NCBI GenBank assembly: GCA_001938485.1
Contig: MQRK01243359.1
Span: 1-59,305, forward strand
Length of the DNA: 59,305 nt
Origin: Girardia tigrina
Lineage: Eukaryota
Direction: 5' to 3'
Shown here piece after piece: positions 1-12,359 of the stretch (position 1 is the stretch's first letter; each line of letters opens with the position of its first letter). The notes beneath the pieces were generated by a model. That model ran no database searches. It was not told where the DNA came from and saw only the letters and a list, made by a program, of their open reading frames with translations. The translations under genes and the position numbers were made by a program.

Positions 1-291
1 TGGGGTGATACAAATAGAGCTGGTAATAGAGAAGAACGGAAACAAACAGCTATCAAAAATCAAAATTTAATTACCTATCAAAATGACAATCGTGGAAATA
101 GGTTTTTCGAAATAGATGACAAAGTTTTAGTAAAAAAAGAAGGTCGTGAGAAAGATGAACACAGGTATGAAGGTCCTTATCGAGTCATTAAAAAAATTCA
201 TGATCGCAGTTATGAGTTGGAAAATGACATCGGTAAAAAAATTATACGCAATATAGAATGGTTAAGGTCTTTTAAGAAAGGGGGATGTTAG
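1..291 (+). mobile_element. Ty3/gypsy integrase C-terminus (GPY/F region), 5'-truncated by the window edge
   Basis: Frame 1 reads ...RFFEIDDKVLVKK...RYEGPYRVIKKIHDRSYEL...NIEWLRSFKKGGC*. Polypurine tract AAGAAAGGGGGA at 274-285. Confidence 0.85.
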
Positions 292-485
292 GAAGAATAT
301 TAGTATTATTAAATTATTATTCAAAATTATAATCATTCAAATAAATATTAATTTATATAAAATTATTTAAATGTGGTTCCAATTATTTCATCATTAATTC
401 TCGCATTTTTTATGTATTTGTTTTAATTAGTAAATATATTTTTTGGGAAACGAAGTTATTGTGTAATTCTTATTAAAAACTAACA
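286..485 (+). repeat. 3' LTR (200 bp) of the gypsy element
   Basis: Starts TGTTAG immediately after the PPT and ends CTAACA, giving perfect 6-bp inverted termini. Confidence 0.75.
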
Positions 486-864
486 CTAGCAATGTTTCTT
501 TTTGTTCTTGCCTCATTTGCAAGATTGGTAACAATTCACCGACTTTAGATCTTTGCATGTCAAATTTTTCGATCAATTTAGAAGCCAGTGTTTGCGTATT
601 ACAACATTTTCAATCGGATCCGGAATCGCATTGAATTTCTGCAATATCTTTGTCAAAATACGAAGAAAACACCTCCATTTTCATATTTTCGTCTAATTTC
701 GCTTCTTCGACTAATGTTAAAAATTCTTTAACAATTCTTTGACGGGTTCCGCAATCGATTTTTCCTTCAGATGAATTTATTCGAAGATAAACATTTTTTT
801 TCTTTTTTCTTGAATATGATTTATTCTAAAGACTTCTGCGCAGTTGCATTTGTTCGTGGCGCCA
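486..864 (-). mobile_element. 5' internal part of another LTR retrotransposon: tRNA-Lys-like PBS plus degenerate gag
   Basis: Minus strand TGGCGCCACGAACA (864-851) resembles the tRNA-Lys PBS TGGCGCCCGAACA. The downstream frame ...VKEFLTLVEEAKLDE...LASKLIEKFD...LLPILQMRQEQ is gag-like. Confidence 0.5.
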
Positions 865-1477
865 TCTTATAGTCTTAAATAAGATTAATAAGATGGATTA
901 TAAAATATTTATTAACAAAAATCAATGTTTAAATAGTAATATTTAAACAACATATAAATTCCTATTTTTTTAATAATTTCTATTTTTTTATTCATTTTTA
1001 ATAATTATCCTAAATGAAATATATTTTTTTATTTTTTTAAATACAATTTTTAATTTTAGAAATACGATTTTTATTTTTTGAAATACAATCGTTAATTTTT
1101 GATAAAAATTTTTTGGAGCGAATGTAAATTGGATAGACGAAGAAGACCTTGATCTGAATGGTATCTTCTCTTCACTGGATGTAGAGATTCGTGCTCTCAT
1201 TGTTTATTCCACGAAAGAGCATTTTCATTCGCCATGAGAGAATGGAGAGGCATAAATTTTGTGAATTAATCAATGGAACAAGAAAAGTGTATTATAAATT
1301 TTTCTTATTTTGAATTTTCTTATCGCTATAAAACTTTGACTCGACTCTACTCATTAAATATTATCAGTGGCTCGTAAAAATTTTAGTGAATCGACGACAA
1401 AACCGAATGATGAACGTAGTTCAATCCACCCAGTTTTATCTATTTAAGCACTTTACGGTAACAAAAGGGAAGTATAG

Positions 1478-1599
1478 AGGTGATCAAAGCTTTGAAACGT
1501 CATATTGCAGGAGGGGTCAGGCCTTCTGTGACGAAATGTGACGAGGGGGAGGGTGGTTGGAAAGTCGCTAACATCACGTGACTTCATTTATGGACAGCC
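1478..1599. mobile_element. Degenerate MITE end, PIF/Harbinger-like
   Basis: Right end reads GGCTGTCCATAAATGAAGTCAC on the minus strand, with internal TGTGACG repeats and a G-run typical of this MITE class. The left end is decayed. Confidence 0.4.
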
Positions 1600-2650
1600 A
1601 ATAGAGGATGTCAAACAAAAATTTCTATCGGATTACAATTAGGTCTGGTTGACCATTTAATGATCCAAATTTACCCTTTAACAATGTGTTGTTAAAAATG
1701 TGACACATGCTTGGTTTATTATCGCACTGAAATAAAATAGTCCTGATGCGATTGAAATAGATTACATCCTTCTTTTAAGAATAATGATCATTTAAATAAA
1801 GAGAATTAAAATATCTGATTATCAATCTTACACCAGTATGACAATATTTCACAAAATCTAACTTCAAAATCAATTTATTATCTCTAACAATTAATATGAT
1901 TTTCGAAATATAACTTTGAATACCATCATTCAATTAAGACAATCAAAATTCGGAAAAAAAGTATCATTCTCCGACAAAATGTACCAGGAATTTCTACCAA
2001 GTCACCAGCTTCATGCCTAGACGAGCCACATGGACCACAATTTCAATGGATGAGGTTGAGTGGTTATATGGGGATATATATGTATATATCTATCGATAAC
2101 AAATAAATTAAATATTCATGGAAATATATTTATCTAGACATAAATTGACAAAATTATATCATTCGTGGTTTCAAAAATACGCAAATATTACTGGTCACGA
2201 AAACATAACAGTTTAATTGCGAGCAGCTTGTTGAATATGACAAAGATAGAGAAATAAATGTATATGAAATCGCTGTGTTTACAATCTGTACTACTCTCAG
2301 TCGGTTGATTGCCTATTCTCGTAGTCTTCCCATCAGTAAACATTGCCGGCACACAGGCCAGTGGAGGATGTTGTAAAGAATATAGGCTGTCTAATGGAGC
2401 ATATACACTTAATTTTCACTCAATCAAATATCATTTGTTATTATAACCCAATTTATCTTTTGCTGCATGTAATACTGTATAATGTTCATGGCAACTGCTT
2501 TGACAACCATACTGGCTTTTATTGGCTACTGCATTTAATCAGCTGCCAACATCATTAATTCAAAATTAATAATTTGAGCTCTCCCATTTTCAGTGAATCG
2601 CGACTTCTTTCCCTTGTCAATGTCAACTAATAATATCATCTTTACCGAGA
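1600..2650 (-). mobile_element. Highly decayed gypsy pol (RNase H/integrase) remnant
   Basis: Only faint, stop-ridden resemblance to RNase H (TDHxPL-like, TGRLARW-like) and integrase segments. Confidence 0.25.
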
Positions 2651-3540
2651 GAACAAGAACACAATAATCTTTCTGGCTCTAAGTGACAATTTTAAATTTC
2701 AGTAACTGAAGACTTATAGATATTTCAAATAATATTATATTATATTATATTATTATCCAATCCCGAAATTCCAGGTAATTTTGTTTATTAAACTTTTATT
2801 ATTGTTATTATTATTTACCAACATAAAATAGACAAATATTTCAAACCCGATTTACCAACAACGATAATATAATATAAAAAATAATATTATAATCTGATTA
2901 TTTTTTTTTAAATAAATTATTTGAAGATCTTTAAAAAAAATGGAAGAACAATCAGAAAAACATTTTTTTATTATTCAAGTGTGAATAATTGATATAAAAA
3001 ATCGTAAATCCGAAAATTCTGGTGGAGAACTTTGACTTCCGTACGACGACTAATTTTAGATTTATGGAATTTTGTACTTAATAATTTATTTTAAACTAAT
3101 TTTGGAGTTGTACAGAAAAATATTTTTCCTCTGGATCAATTGAAACAATCTTTTTTAACTATTATTTATCCTTATCTGATTGTATGATGTTGATCTTGAC
3201 TATTGAAAGAGTCGTTCTTCGTATTAACCTTCAATGATCGTGACGAAAATTATCATGAGTTAATGATGAGCCCAAAAGAAATTCTCATTTATTGTTTTAT
3301 CAGTTATATTTAGTCGGTAATTTATTATATTTTAATTGAAAAAAACCAAAATAATATAAAACTTTAATAAAAACGCATTATTTATTTTTAAAATCTTTTG
3401 TTTATTTATTTAATCAAATGAAAACCAAATAGAAAGTTACTTATATAAGTGAAGGTAGTGATTTTGTGATCAGTAGGTCATCAGTACATCATTGAGATAC
3501 CATTTAAAATATGATCTGTGATTTGGAAAATATCATCAAT

Positions 3541-4805
3541 AATTAAATGTAGAAATAATTAATATCGTTTTAAAAAACATTTGAAACAAATTTATTTAAA
3601 CAAACAAAATAATTTAATCAACAATATAGTCGACGCTGTTTGCAACTATTTCTGTCCAACATCTTAATACCTCTGTTATAAAATTTTTGTGATATAGATT
3701 CAAAAAAATCGGACAAGGAGTTTTTATTGCACTTTTCATTTTTGAATTTTTTCCCAATAAGAAAATTTTGCAATGAACGATATTTGGATGGTGCAATATC
3801 TGGAAAATATACAGGTTGTGGTAGAACTTCCCATCCAAACTGGCGTATTTTATCCGCTGTGAATCTTGCGGTATGCGGTCGTGCGTTACCATGATGAAGA
3901 ATTATGCCATTCCGATTAATCAGCGTGGTATCTTTTTTTTCAAAGCTTTGTCTAACCTTTCCAATTGTGCACTATACACTCCACTTATAATGGTTTGGTT
4001 GTTTGGTAAGAGTTCAAAATAAAGAATATCTTTAAAATTCCACCAAACACACAACATAAACTTTTTCACATGCAAATCAGGGTTTGGCAAGGGTATCGCC
4101 GCTTTTGTCCAATTTTTTTGTCCAACAATTGTGGTCCTCTCTTCCGATTAACATGAATCACCCATTTGTCATATCCGGTAACAATTTGCTCTAAAAACGG
4201 CAATCGGTCTTGACGAGAGAGGAGCGAACTGCAGATTGCAACTCTTTGTTTGCGATTGTTTTCGATGAACTCATGCGGAACCCACTTTCCAAACTTGCGG
4301 ACCTTACCAAGTGAGAGTAATTGATGGAAAATAGTTTTTTTGCGAACAAATCTTGTTACATAATTTCAGAATTTATAACCACAAGAGCCTCAAGTGCTTC
4401 CTGGTCAAAATATGACACACGACCTCGACCATTTTCGTCATTCAATGAAAAATTTCCATCACGAAATTTCTTAAACCAACGCTGGCATTTTCTGAAACAA
4501 ACCTCACTGCATATATTTTTAGCATCCTCATTTCCTTTTCTTCCAAACTGGAACCCATAAAGCATGAAACCCATAAAGCAAGAACCCATAAAGAACCTTA
4601 TATGCTCTTCATCTACCATCCTTTACCACGTACTTTGAAAAAAATTCAACAGTTAAAAAACAAAATATTTGCAACAAGCCTTGTTAATTAAGCTTTACTC
4701 TTTTTGGATACACTAATTTTTTGTATTTATTGCAGGTTTGTAGGATATATTGATGTAATTAAACGAAGATCAAATAAACGACATTAATTATTACTAGACA
4801 TAATA
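3541..4805 (-). mobile_element. Full-length but decayed mariner (D,D34D) element
   Basis: 30-bp TIRs match 24/30 (3541-3570, 4776-4805). Motifs: QRWFKKFRDGNFSLNDE.GRGR, GKWVPHE, IVTGYDKW, HGNARPHTA, YFPDIAPSKY. Confidence 0.9.
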
Positions 4806-4946
4806 TTTATTGATATGATCTTCAAGAAATTGCTATAAATAATATATTATATAAATAATATACATTTATATTGCTATAAATAATCTTAAATGCTATAAAT
4901 CATATATGATTTGGTATTTTATTTATTGATTTTGTGCTCTTTAATA

Positions 4947-5824
4947 TATTAGGTTGGGAAAAAAGAAATCCATTATTTTGACTTGAAATTCAAAACTTTG
5001 ACAGTACAGTTGTTGACAGTACAGATCTGAATTTATTGTTTTGTCATACGGAAACAACTCATAATAAATGATTCCTTTTCATTCCCACCAAATACACAGT
5101 AGAACCTTCCTGGCCGTTAGTCTTAGTTTGGCGACCGTTTGAGGTGCTTCACCGTGCTTTGATCACGATCTTTTTCGTACAATATTGTCGTATGTGACCC
5201 ATTTCTCATCCCCAGTAACCATCCGTTTAAGAAATGGGTCGATTTCATTTCATTTGGCCAAGGCTTCGCAAATGGAAATTCGATTCATCATGTTTTTTGG
5301 CGTTAATTGGTGTGGAACCAAAACATAAAATTTCTTTTTGAATCCTACTTTGCCAAAATGATTTAAAACCGTTTTGTGATCGATCTTCAGCTCATGTGCG
5401 ATGCTACGACTACTAACATGCCGGTCAACTTCGATCATTGCCGAGATTTTATCGAAATCTTCAACGATAGGCCTGCCTGTGCGAGGTGCATCTTTAACAT
5501 CAAAAATGCATCCACGGAATCGACGAAATCAAAATTGCGTGTAATTAGCTGTTACATTATTGGCACCATAAACACCATTCACAATAACAGCCACCTGGCT
5601 TGCATTTTCGCCTTTATCGAATAAAACTGTAAAATGTACCGCATTCTTTCTTTGTTGACTTCCATTTTTAACTCAGAACTGAAAAAAAACAAGCAAAAAT
5701 TTTTTTGTGAAATAACTGTGAAATGTTACCTTGACAAAGAGCATAAATTTGAAATTGTTTGATCGATAAATAATGATTTAAAATAATGGATTAAAATAAT
5801 GGATTACTTTTTCCCAACCTGATA
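4947..5824 (-). mobile_element. Internally deleted mellifera-type mariner
   Basis: TIRs TTAGGTTGGGAAAAAAGAAATCCATTATTT / AAATAATGGATTACTTTTTCCCAACCTGA with TA flanks. ORF from ATG 5665: MEVNKE...DAPRTGRP...VPHQLT...VTGDEKW...LYCQQL, then jumps to the 3' TIR. Confidence 0.92.
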
Positions 5825-5829
5825 TTTAG

Positions 5830-6900
5830 TGTATATAACTTGTAAAAAATCTTTTTTACGTTCTAAGACTATTCAAAGGATTATCAGGTGATTTGAAAAT
5901 CTCATCAAAGTATTTATCAATATGATCCTCAAGAGACGTTAAAATTTATGACAAAGTTGGTGTAATTGGGAACCCAGTGTTTGAAAACATGAAACCTTTT
6001 TTTGTACAAAATTTAATGTTTTTTCAATTCCTGGTAGTACATAATCTTATTCACAGAGTCGAAATTGTATCCCCTCATTGGTCACACAGGTCCAGAGTTT
6101 TATCGATGGGTGCATTCGTAAATAAACTAGAGACATCAAAGGAGATCATGAATTAGAATGTCCTTTTTGGAGTCCATTCTATCTTTTTTACTAGCTGTAA
6201 ATAAAAATAATAAGTTAAAAATTTTATTTGGAAAATTTTTGTTCCTTGAACTAATTAGAACTATTTTGTTTGAAAAAAGAAACCAATTTTCCAACATCAA
6301 TCGATATAGAAGAAGAGACATTCACATTTCAAGTAATAAATACTAAAATAAATTTAGCTTTTCAATTGAGTTAGATTTCCTTATCAAATTTAATTAAATT
6401 ACTCCACATATTAATAAGATTATTAAAATATATGATTCATATTAGATTATTATATTTTTCATAAAAGAAATTAATCATATATTAATCACTCATTAATCAT
6501 TTTAAAGTAAAATATTTTATGAACCTTTCAAAAACCCTAAAATAATATTTTCAATTTCTTCTCGAATTTTTCTAACATAAATATAAATTAAAGAAATCAC
6601 CAATTTGACAATTATATTTTGATTGAGTTTCAACGTTCCATAATGCACCATTTTTGTATATTCTTATTAAAAAATCCTCTAAAATATTATAAATATATAA
6701 AGGTTATTTTAGAATACATTAAATAATCAGAAAATATTAAAGAGCAATAAATAAATCAATAAGGTACCATATTCAATAGGGTTTAGAAAATTTGAGATTT
6801 GTTATAGATATATAAGTAGTGTCAAGATTGATTGAAAGAGATCCAAAGTTCAAAGCTTCCAATCTAATAAATTGAAAAAAATGTTTAGAGATTAAAAGTT
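5830..6900 (-). mobile_element. Penelope-like RT remnant, apparently interrupted by the mariner
   Basis: Minus-strand VSSLFTNAPIDKTLDLC (PLE RT SFDVxSLFTNVP motif) and GFPITPTLS (MGSPxxPxLA-like). Confidence 0.65.
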
Positions 6901-6944
6901 AATCTGGTATGTAAATTTTATCCTAAAAGATAATTTTATTGAAG

Positions 6945-7270
6945 TGCTGACCCCCGGGCCGAGCGATTGTGGTCATCATCTCTTTATTGTGCGTGAAGTT
7001 GCCGCGTGACAAAGTCGAAAGAACAATTGAGTGGGCGCCACGAAACGCGTCGATACATTTCGAATTCTAGTCCCGTCTCTCCGGCTCTGTAACAGTTGGT
7101 GCCAGTCAAAATTGCGGTTAGTGTGACCGCTTCGTCGGTTGGTGACCCGTCCTTTGATAATCGGCCGGTTCTCCCGATCGTACCCAGACAGTATGGACAC
7201 TCCGGTCTTCTCGTTGTTTTCGACAAGTTTCGGAAAGTGTATTTTATGCTAATTCTTGAAGAAAACATTG
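6945..7270 (-). pseudogene. GC-rich intronless gene-fragment island; first part CRAL-TRIO/Sec14-like
   Basis: KIHFPKLVENNEKTGVSILSGYDRENRPII resembles the Sec14/PDR16 start of the CRAL-TRIO domain. The remainder, in other frames, is unassigned. Confidence 0.45.
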
Positions 7271-7629
7271 CTTTTTTGAAGACTAGTTAGTGTATCGCTA
7301 CGTTAAAATAACATTAATAAATTAACATAAAGAAAACAATTTTTCATCATCTTAAACTATTTATTCATCAAATTTTACACATTATTTCTAATTATTTAAA
7401 TTTAAATTAAAATTAAATTTCAAGTTTTGATTTTTGTCCTCAATGTGATAAAGTATTTGTGAAAAAAGATTAGTTTAGTGTAATTATACATGATAAAAAT
7501 TGAATTGTTGTTTGCATTATCAAATAAATATTAAAATATATAAAAGAATTGCAATTTTGAATTTTTTTGAATTTATAAATATTTTTTCAATCCAAAATAT
7601 GGAAAAAATAAAAAACTAGTCCACAGTTT

Positions 7630-7950
7630 GTGAGAAAAAAATGGAGTTCAATCTATTGTCCGATAATCCACCGAATTTTGTATACGTCGTCAATGTATTC
7701 AATGACTTATTTGATGGGTGAGAATTGCGGCTCGGAAATCGAATTATTGGATCTCCCAAATGACAGCATTTCTCCAGTGGAGAGTAGTGAGCACAATAAG
7801 AACGAGAATGCCGATACGAACACCGAATCAGAATGCAAATTTTACGAACCGAAACGCACCAGTTCTTTGAAGACGAATTGAACACCGCTGGGTACGCCGA
7901 AATTGAAATCCGTTTGATTTGCCGATGCTTTTGGGCTCGATTTAAAAGGC
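7630..7950 (+). pseudogene. PP1 glycogen-targeting subunit (PPP1R3/Gbs-76A-like) fragment
   Basis: KRTSSLKTN*TPLGTPKLKSV*FADAFGLDL matches the family RSSSLKxxKTPPGTP...VxFADxxGLDL (RVxF) segment. Two in-frame TGA stops. Confidence 0.75.
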
Positions 7951-9635
7951 AGAAGCTACAGTTTTAATATCGATCTATTGGAATATCAATTATAAGATTA
8001 CAATTATAAAATTAAAATATTTTTTTCGCTATTATTAATAGTTCTACGTGCCTATTCGATTTTCGACGTTTCTTTCCCTTTCAACATATACTTGACATGC
8101 AAACTTTCTATTAAAAATAAATAAAGTTATACTTTCATATAATATATGAATCCCTCGTTTTTATTGGTATATATTTATGGTGATGAATATTGTCAAAGTT
8201 TAACATGTATTTATTCAAAAATATAATCTGGCTCTGTAAACTATAAAATACTCTCATTCCTTTTAACCCCTGAAATATATAATGTATACAGCAGTGAAAT
8301 TAATAGTAATAAAACTTAATTAAATAACTTTGAATCGTATATCAACAAATTCATTTTATAAATAATGTATAATTTATAATTAGATTTAGTAACGTGTTAT
8401 CATTCATATTATGTTTTCATTAAAAAACAAAAGAAAAAAAATTAAAAAAATACATTTATAGCATTATAAATATTATATTTATAATATTATACAAAATATA
8501 AATTTTATTTAAGAAATTTAGTTAAAAAGAACAAGGGAATTGGGAAGTGCATATCATCAACTAGAGTTGTAGAATAAATGAAAAATGACAAATGAAAAAA
8601 ACAGTACTCTCGTCAAAGAACGACCAATATTGTTTCTATAGAATGTAATTAGGAATTGCGACCCTCTCAGTGACATTTCTAGAATTAATCACAATGGTAC
8701 TGGGAGAATCAAACTGGAAAGAAACAATAGTGTATTTGTATTTCTAGTGTGTGCAAATGACAAAGAACATCTCAGACTAGTCGAACCAATATTTCAATAA
8801 ATAAATTTCCAAATTAAATAATATAAAATTATTGACTCGATTCAAAGATTATAAAATTAAGAAAGAATAAAATTTGTTCAAATAATCATGATTAACAAAT
8901 CAGAAAATATACAAGTATAATTTCACCAACCAGAATGCCGACTTGTGAACAATCTATCGAGAGCTGTCACAGAGACAACTCTAATTGCTGTAATAATAAA
9001 TGTTGTAAAAATATTTGTGACAGTTTTCTTAACAGTATTATCGTTTAAATAATTAACAATTTTTTTGGAACAAGTAATACATCCTACTTACATATTTATA
9101 ATTGCTAATAGAAAATAAATAATTTTTTTATGAATAAAAGGAAAATTAAACAATAAAGAAAAAAAACAAAAAACGAATTCTTCAACTCTAACAGATCCTC
9201 AAAATCGCACGATTTGTATACTGTTCGTATCAGTTTTACAATTATTTTTTCCATTGAAACCTCACGAATTTAATTAATAATAAAAACTAAATAATAAATA
9301 ATTATATGCCTACTTCATAAACATAAGTTTTCTATTTTTATCAATGAGGGAGAACAAATTATGATTTATTAATATTCATGTGGTTTTATATTTATAATTG
9401 GATATCGTTACTTCATTTCTTATCTAAAATATTATAATTTTCTTGAGGAAATGAAAATGTTTCCCACAAAGTAACCTAAATTACAAGTTTTGATCTTTTG
9501 AGTTGTCAATAGAAGTAAATACATTGAATGTGGATATAAATCTTTGGAATTTTAAGGAATTTACTTAAATAAAAGGTATATATATATATACTTTTCAATT
9601 AATGCCAATGGCAATCGGGTTAATAAAACAAAAAA

Positions 9636-9905
9636 TAGCCATTTTTCCAAACATTTATTTTTATTTTGCAATACTAGTTTCGCCATATTGGCATCTTCAG
9701 TTGACTAATTGACTAATTAACTAAAATTCAGATTTAAGTTCCTTTTATATAGCGGTAGATATATAAAATAGACACAATACTACTCAATTTAAGGCTTTTT
9801 TATTTATTATTATTATTTACTTTAATTTAAAAAAATTTAAAAAAAGATGGCAATATGGCGAAACTAGTATTGCAAAATAAAAATAAATGTTTGGAAAAAT
9901 GGCTA
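9636..9905. repeat. 62-bp inverted repeat pair, probably inverted Penelope pseudo-LTR pieces
   Basis: 9636-9697 versus the reverse complement of 9844-9905 differ at one base. The arms carry hammerhead sequence. Confidence 0.85.
9669..9703 (-). ncRNA. Minimal type I hammerhead ribozyme (PLE type)
   Basis: CAA-CTGAAGA-T-GCC(AATAT)GGC-GAAA-CTAG-TA-TTG: intact core, stem II, palindromic stem III ACTAGT, 3-bp stem I. Confidence 0.8.
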
Positions 9906-11283
9906 CTTTTATATATATATATATATATATNNNNNNNNNNNNNNNNNNNNNNNNNNNNNNNNNNNNNNNNNNNNNNNNNNNNNNNNNNNNNNNNNNNNNN
10001 NNNNNNNNNNNNNNNNNNNNNNNNNNNNNNNNNNNNNNNNNNNNNNNNNNNNNNNNNNNNNNNNNNNNNNNNNNNNNNNNNNNNNNNNNNNNNNNNNNNN
10101 NNNNNNNNNNNNNNNNNNNNNNNNNNNNNNNNNNNNNNNNNNNNNNNNNNNNNNNNNNNNNNNNNNNNNNNNNNNNNNNNNNNNNNNNNNNNNNNNNNNN
10201 NNNNNNNNNNNNNNNNNNNNNNNNNNNNNNNNNNNNNNNNNNNNNNNNNNNNNNNNNNNNNNNNNNNNNNNNNNNNNNNNNNNNNNNNNNNNNNNNNNNN
10301 NNNNNNATATATATATATAATTTTTTACATCGATTTCAATATTTGTTTTCATTATTATATTTTGTATCAAAATCAGAAATTCAATTCTATGAAAATTTTC
10401 TGAAACATTTTCATTACAAAATATAAAATGATTATTATTTCATTAAAAACCATAAAAGTTCAGATTCAGTGTAAAATATTTTTTCTATTAAGCTTTGCAA
10501 TATTTATAATTTTTTAAAATTTATTTTAATAAAAAATTATTTAAAATCAACTCATTATTCGTATGAAAACGAAAAGTTTAAAAATATTAGAATATTAGCA
10601 GAGGAAATTATATCAAACGTCTCACATTTCGGAGATTTCTATCAACGTATTCGAATTCAAATGGAAATCCAAATTACAAAAGACACTGTTAAAATTTTCA
10701 TGTCTTATCACACTGACTTTTACTTCATAATGTCTCGTAATCGAGCATCTTTTTACTGTTTTCCGTTATGTTGCTTAGTTATCATATATTTTTACGTTCC
10801 AGTGTAACCATGGCTTTTATTTATAAACTTTTTGATTGAGGAAAATTCAACAAGTGAGACGTATTTGTTTAATCTTCTTCAACAACCATATTAAAATTAG
10901 TAGTTTTTATAAATTATGCGCTATAAATATGATTTGAAGAGGTTATAAAAACATCACATACAATTTCAGTGTTAAAAATTCTGCATAATAAACTAAACTG
11001 AGCAACTTATAAGGCTTCAGTATCGGGAAAGAGTCTCCCTGAAAGAAGAAGAGGGTAGACTGCAGTGAAGTAAGAATTCACCTTTCCGTCCCCGATGTTT
11101 TGAAGAATAGTGTACACTTAAACAAATTTTTTATTACAATCATCACAATAATTTTTATTTAATTAAATGTAAAAAATGTTGTTTTGCTGGAATCTTTCTG
11201 TTTGAGATGTTTTTTTATAGATAAATTTAAGTTTTTTTGTTGTTGGGGAGTGAAGATTTTTATAAATGTATATAAAGTTAAGT

Positions 11284-11323
<40 letters not shown>

Positions 11324-11399
11324 AAAATTTGTAGGGACCATTACAATAAATTCAAATAATTATTACTGATAACTGGTTTTCCTAATCAGTATTTAAAAA

Positions 11400-12251
11400 A
11401 ATGGAAAGGACAGAAATTCGACCTATTAATTCAAACAAACCAAATTGAATCACTTGGCTCAAATCAGTAAAATCAAAAGGTTGCCTAAGTGGATTCCATC
11501 TCAGTTGAATGGAAAGCAGAAACTGAAGCTTTCATATTATATATATATCATTTCATTCATATCTTCTCGTTATAAATGTGATCACTTTTTGAATCGAATC
11601 GTCAATTATGCTAAAAAGTGGATCTAATATAATAATTGCAAACATTAAGCAAGCTGAGTAGATATGAATGAAGCATCAAAACGCAGTCCAAAGTACTACA
11701 TTCATGAAAAGAATCTGATGGTAAGAGTTTAGTTTTCTGTTGCAAGTGTAATTCATTATGACTTCATGAAACCTGATTCATCGATCACATCATATATCTA
11801 CTGAAATCAATTGGTTCATTTGATGGGTGAACTCAAAGAAAAACAGCTGCATTTGATAAACAGGTCAACTCCCATATTCAACTCCCACGACAATGCAAAA
11901 CAACATACTGCACATACAGGAACTTGAGTTGAAACTTCTGCATTATCTTCAATACTCACCAGACCTAACCCCAAATGACTGCAATTTCTTCCTCAATTTG
12001 AAAAATCTTTTGATTAGAACAAAATCAAATTCCGAAGATGGCTTAAAATAATATGCCAGGAATTTATTGAATCTCGCCATCCAAATTATTATTCCAATGG
12101 CCTAAACAATCTGCTTCTAAAATGACAAAGGTGTGTCGATAATATGAGTAAATACTTTGATGAACGACAAATATTTGTGTTAGTAAATTTTAAATACACT
12201 TTGACTTTAGTTTTACAAATTTCATACTTGAAATACTTTTCATAACTAATA
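11400..12251 (+). mobile_element. Decayed mariner, 3' two-thirds (cecropia-like)
   Basis: HLAQISKIKRLPKWIP, FLNRIV..KKWI*YNN, HDNAKQH, YSPDLTPNDC. TIR-like 3' end near 12215-12251. Confidence 0.85.
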
Positions 12252-12359
12252 AAATTAACTATTTATATTTTATTTTTGTATTTAAATAAATAGTTTATTA
12301 ATTCTAGTTGTTAAACTACTACAATACATTGATCACGCAAAAAATGGGTTGTTTATTTA

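Noticed and set aside
3180-3290. Several TGATG...GAAA stretches (e.g. ATGATGAGCCCAAAAGAAA) resembling decayed hammerheads
   Set aside because: None has a full core with a paired stem II.
7024-7052. GTGG(GCG)CCAC-GAAACGCGTC resembling a hammerhead 3' half
   Set aside because: Upstream sequence is CAATTGA rather than CTGANGA and there is no stem I. Probably chance within coding sequence.
9855-10426. Long ORFs at 9855-10426 and the gap-spanning frames 42642-42893, 42646-42831 and 43064-43327
   Set aside because: Artefacts of N-runs and (TA)n tracts.
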